Assembly (NCBI RefSeq): GCF_000011805.1 | Contig: NC_006840.2 | Direction: 5' to 3' (one strand) | Source of the DNA: Aliivibrio fischeri ES114 | GTDB taxonomy: Bacteria; Pseudomonadota; Gammaproteobacteria; Enterobacterales; Vibrionaceae | DNA length: 32,000 nt | Part shown: positions 28,394 to 32,000 of the stretch, piece by piece | Numbering within the stretch: position 1 is the stretch's first letter | Layout: every line of letters starts with the position of its first letter | The notes under the pieces: generated by a model | The model's input: the letters and a program-made list of their open reading frames with translations, nothing else | The model's database searches: none | Told to the model about the DNA's origin: nothing | Program-made: the position numbers and the translations under genes

Positions 28394-29344
28394 ATGTTAA
28401 AGAGTGAATTGATGGAAGATAAAATAAAACACAAGCTGAGGATTGGCTGGTCATATCTACTTTTCTTAAAGCAAAGAGTTATTCATGACAGGTTAACGGT
28501 AAGTGCTGGTTATATGGCTTACATCACTTTGCTGTCTTTGGTGCCGTTAATTACGGTTTTGCTGTCTGTATTGTCGCAATTTCCTGTTTTTTCTGGGGCG
28601 GGAGAGACGGTACAAGCCTTTGTTATTCAAAATTTTGTACCCGCTGCCAGTGATGCAGTTGAAGCGAGCTTAAAAGAGTTTATTTCAAATACGGGTAAGA
28701 TGACGGCTGTCGGTTCTGGTTTCTTATTTGTAGCCTCTGTAATGCTGATCTCATCGATAGATCGCAGTTTGAATTACATTTGGCGAGTAAAGAAAAAACG
28801 TCGTCCAATGTATTCATTTTCGTTGTATTGGATGATCTTAACTTTAGGTCCTTTATTGGTTGGCGCAAGTTTGGCGGCAACGTCATACGTAACGTCACTA
28901 AAGATCATGGATGATGAAATAGTTTCCAGTTTTTATCGGACTTTATTGGGTTGGTTACCTATCATATTGTCATTCTCTGCATTTGTTGGTTTGTATTTAT
29001 TAGTGCCGAACAAAAAAGTCCGAGTGACTCATGCGCTTATTGGTGCCATGTCTGCGGGTTGTCTATTTGAGTTTAGTAAGGTGGGGTTTGCTCAATACAT
29101 AACGCAATTTCCTTCATACCAAGTCATTTATGGCGCATTAGCAGCCGTTCCTATTTTGTTTGTTTGGGTATATTTGTGTTGGATTATCGTTCTTATTGGT
29201 GCCGAAATTACTGCAAGTTTAGGTGAGTTTGAAGGATGGCTAACGGGTAAGGTCAGCGTTAATATACTTGAGTCAGATATAAAAGCATTAACAGAACAAC
29301 AAGGGTTGATAGAAAGTGATAGCACTGATCCAGAGAGTAAGTGA
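28394..29344 (+). CDS. yihY: YihY/BrkB-family inner-membrane protein (formerly annotated 'RNase BN')
   Basis: Colinear with E. coli YihY (AYxSLLSLVPL, NxxKMTAVG, [16 protein letters not shown], [22 protein letters not shown], LxGAEIT). Confidence 0.9.
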
Positions 29345-29750
29345 AGCCGCTGTAAAAGTAGATGGCGAAGTGACTGGTGAAATTAATCAAGGTTTATTAA
29401 TTTTATTGGGTGTTGAAAGAGAAGATGACGAAGCAAAAGCTAAGCGTCTAATGGAAAGGGTGTTAACTTACCGAGTATTTGAAGACCAAGACGGTAAGAT
29501 GAACTTAAATGTGCAACAAGTAAATGGTAGCGTATTAGTTGTATCGCAATTTACGTTGCCTGCAGATACTAAGAAGGGTACTCGTCCAGGTTTTTCAAAA
29601 GGAGCGCATCCTGTGGACGCTGAGCGCTTGTATGATTACTTCTCTGATCTATGTGAAGAGAAGTTGCATACGCAGCGAGGACGCTTTGCTGCGGACATGA
29701 AAGTTTCGCTAGTGAATGATGGGCCTGTGACGTTTTGGTTGCAGGTGTAA
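29316..29750 (+). CDS. dtd: D-aminoacyl-tRNA deacylase
   Basis: 144 aa, colinear with E. coli Dtd ([42 protein letters not shown]). GTG start overlaps the yihY 3' end by 29 nt. Confidence 0.95.
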
Positions 29751-29903
29751 GGGCAGGAGCGAGATTCTAGGACGCTTCGCTCGAGGGGCGAGGAAAAGCA
29801 GAAGACTATACGCTTCGCTGACTAGAAACTAGAGACTATAAGAGCGAGAGTGTTGATGTAGTGAGTTTTTAGGTTTCAGGAAGAGCAAGAGCAGAATTCA
29901 GGG
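29751..29903. repeat. REP/BIME-like mosaic (GGGGCGAGG, CGCTTCGCT, GGTTTCAGGAAGAGCAAGAGC units)
   Basis: 29871-29901 matches 31198-31228 (30/31). 29830-29844 TAGAGACTATAAGAG recurs inverted at 31428-31442. Confidence 0.75.
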
Positions 29904-30003
29904 TGCTCGCTGAAATTACAGTAACAAAGAATGGTTCTCCCCCTTTATCGCAATAGCTATGAGATCGATATAGTGAATACAAGGGGGAGTTAGAGGGGGT
30001 TGG
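29904..30003 (+). repeat. 100-bp structured repeat, copy A
   Basis: 95/100 identical to 31255-31354 by manual alignment. Contains a 9-bp stem CTCCCCCTT/AAGGGGGAG around a 35-nt loop, plus a 3' GAGGGGGT box. Confidence 0.9.
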
Positions 30004-30043
30004 TAATGTGTATATTATGCCGATAAATCAAACTGCATCACTT

Positions 30044-30131
30044 ACACCCCCTCCTAGCCTCCCCTTATATCGGCAGTTTCTACCAAGTTACATTGGTGAA
30101 AAAGGGGAGGGACAGTATTGTGAGCGCTGCG
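30044..30131 (-). repeat. Diverged inverted copy of the structured repeat
   Basis: Same box order as the reverse complement of copy A: ACCCCCTC, CCTCCCCTT, 35-nt loop, AAGGGGAGG, TGAGCG. The loop sequence is unrelated. Confidence 0.65.
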
Positions 30132-30139
30132 GCTACCAC

Positions 30140-30250
30140 GATCACTCCTGAACCCTGTAAGGGAGCTTGCGACCGATCTGAACCCTAAGCTCTTCCTCGA
30201 GGACGAAGTCCGTACTCGTTTCTCGAAGCGTAGCGCACTCGTCCCTAATC
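30140..30250. repeat. REP/BIME-like mosaic (CCTGAACCCTG, GGACGAAGTCC, CTCGTCCC units)
   Basis: 30186-30250 is the inverted counterpart of 4956-5009. The CCTGAACCC units match those at 5131 and 17091. Confidence 0.7.
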
Positions 30251-30267
30251 ATAATAAAAGGATTTAT

Positions 30268-31167
30268 ATGTTTCGATTGATCACACCAACAACAGAAGCT
30301 GAATTAAAAGCTTACTACCATTTTCGTTGGAAAATCTTACGTGAACCTTGGCGTCAGCCGGAAGGTTCTGAACGCGATGCGTATGATGATATGAGTCAGC
30401 ATCGAATGATTTTAGATGGTCGTGATCAGCCTGTTGCCGTTGGGCGTTTATATTTAACTCCAGATAATGACGGTCAAATTCGCTATATGGCGGTTGCACC
30501 ACATTGTCGAGGAAAAGGCATTGGTGCATTGATTATGGTTGCTCTGGAGTCTTATGCACGCCAAGAGAACGCTAAGCGCCTTGTATGTAATGCTCGTGAA
30601 GATGCAATTCCATTCTATGTAGGAAATGGATTTACTAGCCAAGGTGAATTGAGTGATGAGAGAGGACCTGTCCGTCACCAACAAATGCTCAAACATTTAG
30701 ATCCATTAGCTGATGTGCTGCGACGTCCTGACTGGTGCGCAGAGCTTCAAAAGCGTTGGGAAAATGAAATTCCAATCAGCGATAAAATGGGGATTAAAAT
30801 TACCCAATACACAGGTTATCGTTTTGAAGTCAGTGCCATTTTAAATGCCAACCTTAATCCACATAATAGTATGTTCGCAGGCAGTATTTTCACCATGGGT
30901 ACATTAACCGCTTGGGGAATTGTTTGGTTATTGCTAAAAGAACGAGGCTTGGATACCACCAGCATTATGTTGGTTGATAGTCATATTAGATATCGCCAAC
31001 CTATTGTTGATAATCCTAAAGGCATTACGTCGCTGAATTGTTTGGAAGGGGATTTTGATCGTCTACAATCAGGTAAGCGTGCGAGAGTGAAAGTAAAAGT
31101 CGATTTGTGTAATGGTGATAATCCTGCTGCGGAATTTACTGGAACGTTTATGTTGATGAGGGATTGA
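30268..31167 (+). CDS. yiiD: Bifunctional GNAT N-acetyltransferase / hotdog thioesterase-fold protein YiiD (FabY)
   Basis: 299 aa. N-terminal GNAT motif (RGKGIGALIM, acetyl-CoA loop) and a C-terminal YiiD_C-like half. The order yihY-dtd-yiiD is as in E. coli. Confidence 0.85.
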   Translation: MFRLITPTTEAELKAYYHFRWKILREPWRQPEGSERDAYDDMSQHRMILDGRDQPVAVGRLYLTPDNDGQIRYMAVAPHCRGKGIGALIMVALESYARQENAKRLVCNAREDAIPFYVGNGFTSQGELSDERGPVRHQQMLKHLDPLADVLRRPDWCAELQKRWENEIPISDKMGIKITQYTGYRFEVSAILNANLNPHNSMFAGSIFTMGTLTAWGIVWLLLKERGLDTTSIMLVDSHIRYRQPIVDNPKGITSLNCLEGDFDRLQSGKRARVKVKVDLCNGDNPAAEFTGTFMLMRD

Positions 31168-31254
31168 GATTAGGGGCGAGGACGGACTTCGTCCTAAAGG
31201 TTTCAGGAAGAGCAAGAGCAGAGTTCAGATCGCTTCGCTTGCAGATTTCAGAGT
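31168..31254. repeat. REP/BIME-like mosaic
   Basis: TTAGGGGCGAGGACGGACTTCGTCCT, then GGTTTCAGGAAGAGCAAGAGCAGAGTTCAG, plus an extra 24-bp unit that is absent from copy A's flank. Confidence 0.75.
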
Positions 31255-31354
31255 TGCTCGCTGAAATTACAGTGACAAAGAATGGTTCTCCCCCTTTATC
31301 ACTATTGCTATGAGATCAATATAGTGAATACAAGGGGGAGTTAGAGGGGGTTGG
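31255..31354 (+). repeat. 100-bp structured repeat, copy B
   Basis: 95/100 identical to 29904-30003, with stem arms at 31288-31296 / 31332-31340. Confidence 0.9.
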
Positions 31355-31365
31355 TTGTGATTACT

Positions 31366-31415
31366 AGGTTTCAGGAAGAGCAAGACCTGAGTCCGGTTTG
31401 CTCTTCCTGAAACCT
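31366..31415. repeat. Perfect 18-bp-stem hairpin of the GGTTTCAGG family, between convergent yiiD and trmH
   Basis: AGGTTTCAGGAAGAGCAA - 14-nt loop - TTGCTCTTCCTGAAACCT. No flanking U-tract on either strand, so it is not a canonical intrinsic terminator. Confidence 0.85.
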
Positions 31416-31500
31416 TAAGCCTGAAACCTCTTATAGTCTCTATTTTCAGATTTATACGCTGAAATCACAGCGATTACCTCTGAATCCTAAGATCTCACTC
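31416..31500. repeat. REP/BIME-like mosaic
   Basis: CCTGAAACC, CTCTTATAGTCTCTA (inverted copy of 29830-29844), TATACGCTGAAATCACAGCG, CTGAATCCTAAG. Confidence 0.65.
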
Positions 31501-32000
31501 CTAATCCGCCGCCTGCATTCTTGCCCACCACTCTTCATCAGCAACGATCTGCCCAGTTTCATCAAGCTGTGGTAATTCAAGACCTTTACGTTTGGCTACT
31601 TTCGCAAGAACAGGGTGGCCGCGTTCAAACAACACCTTATTGATGTATTCCTTTGGCAGCATACTCTCTTCACGATCATACATACCCGCTAAATCACGCT
31701 GACGCTGCGCTTCATATAAAATAAGCGCACTTGCAACCGATACATTTAGTGATTGCACCATACCTACCATAGGAATGATGATGTCTTGATCAGCCATTGC
31801 TAATGCTTTTTTGCTGATGCCTGTTTTTTCACTACCAAGAATGATGGCAGTTGGTTTGGTGTAATCAATTTCTCGAAAATCTACAGCTGTATCCGATAGA
31901 TTTGTCGCTAGAATCTGCATGCCTTGTTCTTTAAGCGTAGCAAAAGCATCTTCAATATTTTTATGTGTTTCCACATCAACCCAATTACGAGCACCAGCAG
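31501..32000 (-). CDS. trmH: tRNA (guanosine18-2'-O)-methyltransferase TrmH (SpoU family). The N-terminus lies beyond the window end.
   Basis: Colinear with the C-terminal ~165 aa of E. coli TrmH (GMQILATxLSDxAVDFREIDYT, DIIIPMxGMVQSLNVSVASALILYEAQRQR, YPVLAKVAKRKGL). The reading frame stays open to position 32000. Confidence 0.9.
   Translation of the reverse strand, partial: AGARNWVDVETHKNIEDAFATLKEQGMQILATNLSDTAVDFREIDYTKPTAIILGSEKTGISKKALAMADQDIIIPMVGMVQSLNVSVASALILYEAQRQRDLAGMYDREESMLPKEYINKVLFERGHPVLAKVAKRKGLELPQLDETGQIVADEEWWARMQAAD

Noticed and set aside
29931-29993. A 20-codon ORF inside the structured repeat (MVLPLYRNSYEIDIVNTRGS), also present in copy B at 31282-31344 (MVLPLYHYCYEINIVNTRGS).
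   Set aside because: All four nucleotide differences within the ORF are non-synonymous (R/H, N/Y, S/C, D/N) and none is synonymous. There is no Shine-Dalgarno. The third copy does not keep the frame. The conservation is better explained by the hairpin structure.
29751-31500. Whether the tiled repeats could be a CRISPR array, an integron attC/VCR cassette structure, or an IS/transposon.
   Set aside because: There is no regular repeat-spacer periodicity. I can see no similarity to the VCR/attC consensus. No transposase or integrase ORF is present. The enclosed gene yiiD is in its conserved enteric neighbourhood.

Overview
This window looks like conserved core chromosome of a Vibrionaceae-type gamma-proteobacterium. 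That assignment is inferred from protein similarity to E. coli orthologues I can recall, from gene order, and from roughly 40% GC. I call 28 protein-coding genes. In order they are: engB; cytochrome c4; a Zn-ribbon SAM methyltransferase, yihI and a DUF2489 gene; hemN; asnC; rsmJ; uspA; ftnA; uspB; a yhiN-like flavoprotein; a FIST/degenerate-GGDEF/EAL protein; a lipoprotein and a DTW-domain gene; eda; two paralogous dCache-HAMP-GGDEF-EAL proteins flanking add; the nitrogen operon glnA, DUF4124 gene, ntrB, ntrC with its sigma54 promoter and NtrC sites; typA; yihY, dtd and yiiD(fabY); and a partial trmH. I found no rRNA, tRNA, CRISPR array, transposase, integrase, phage gene or recognisable defence gene. 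I do not see a convincing novel multi-gene system. Four things are least explained by ordinary annotation. (1) A ~100-bp structured repeat occurs in three copies around yiiD, and its 9-bp C/G stem is kept intact by two compensatory base-pair changes. It sits inside REP/BIME-like mosaic repeats that recur at four intergenic loci. (2) Three EAL-domain c-di-GMP proteins lie within 11.5 kb, and one follows ntrC with no terminator between them. (3) A 15-bp perfect inverted repeat with IHF-like motifs brackets the glnA NtrC enhancer. (4) Two gene pairs are joined by TAATG stop/start overlaps: methyltransferase-yihI and lipoprotein-DTW. All similarity statements come from reading and memory. Nothing was computed or searched.
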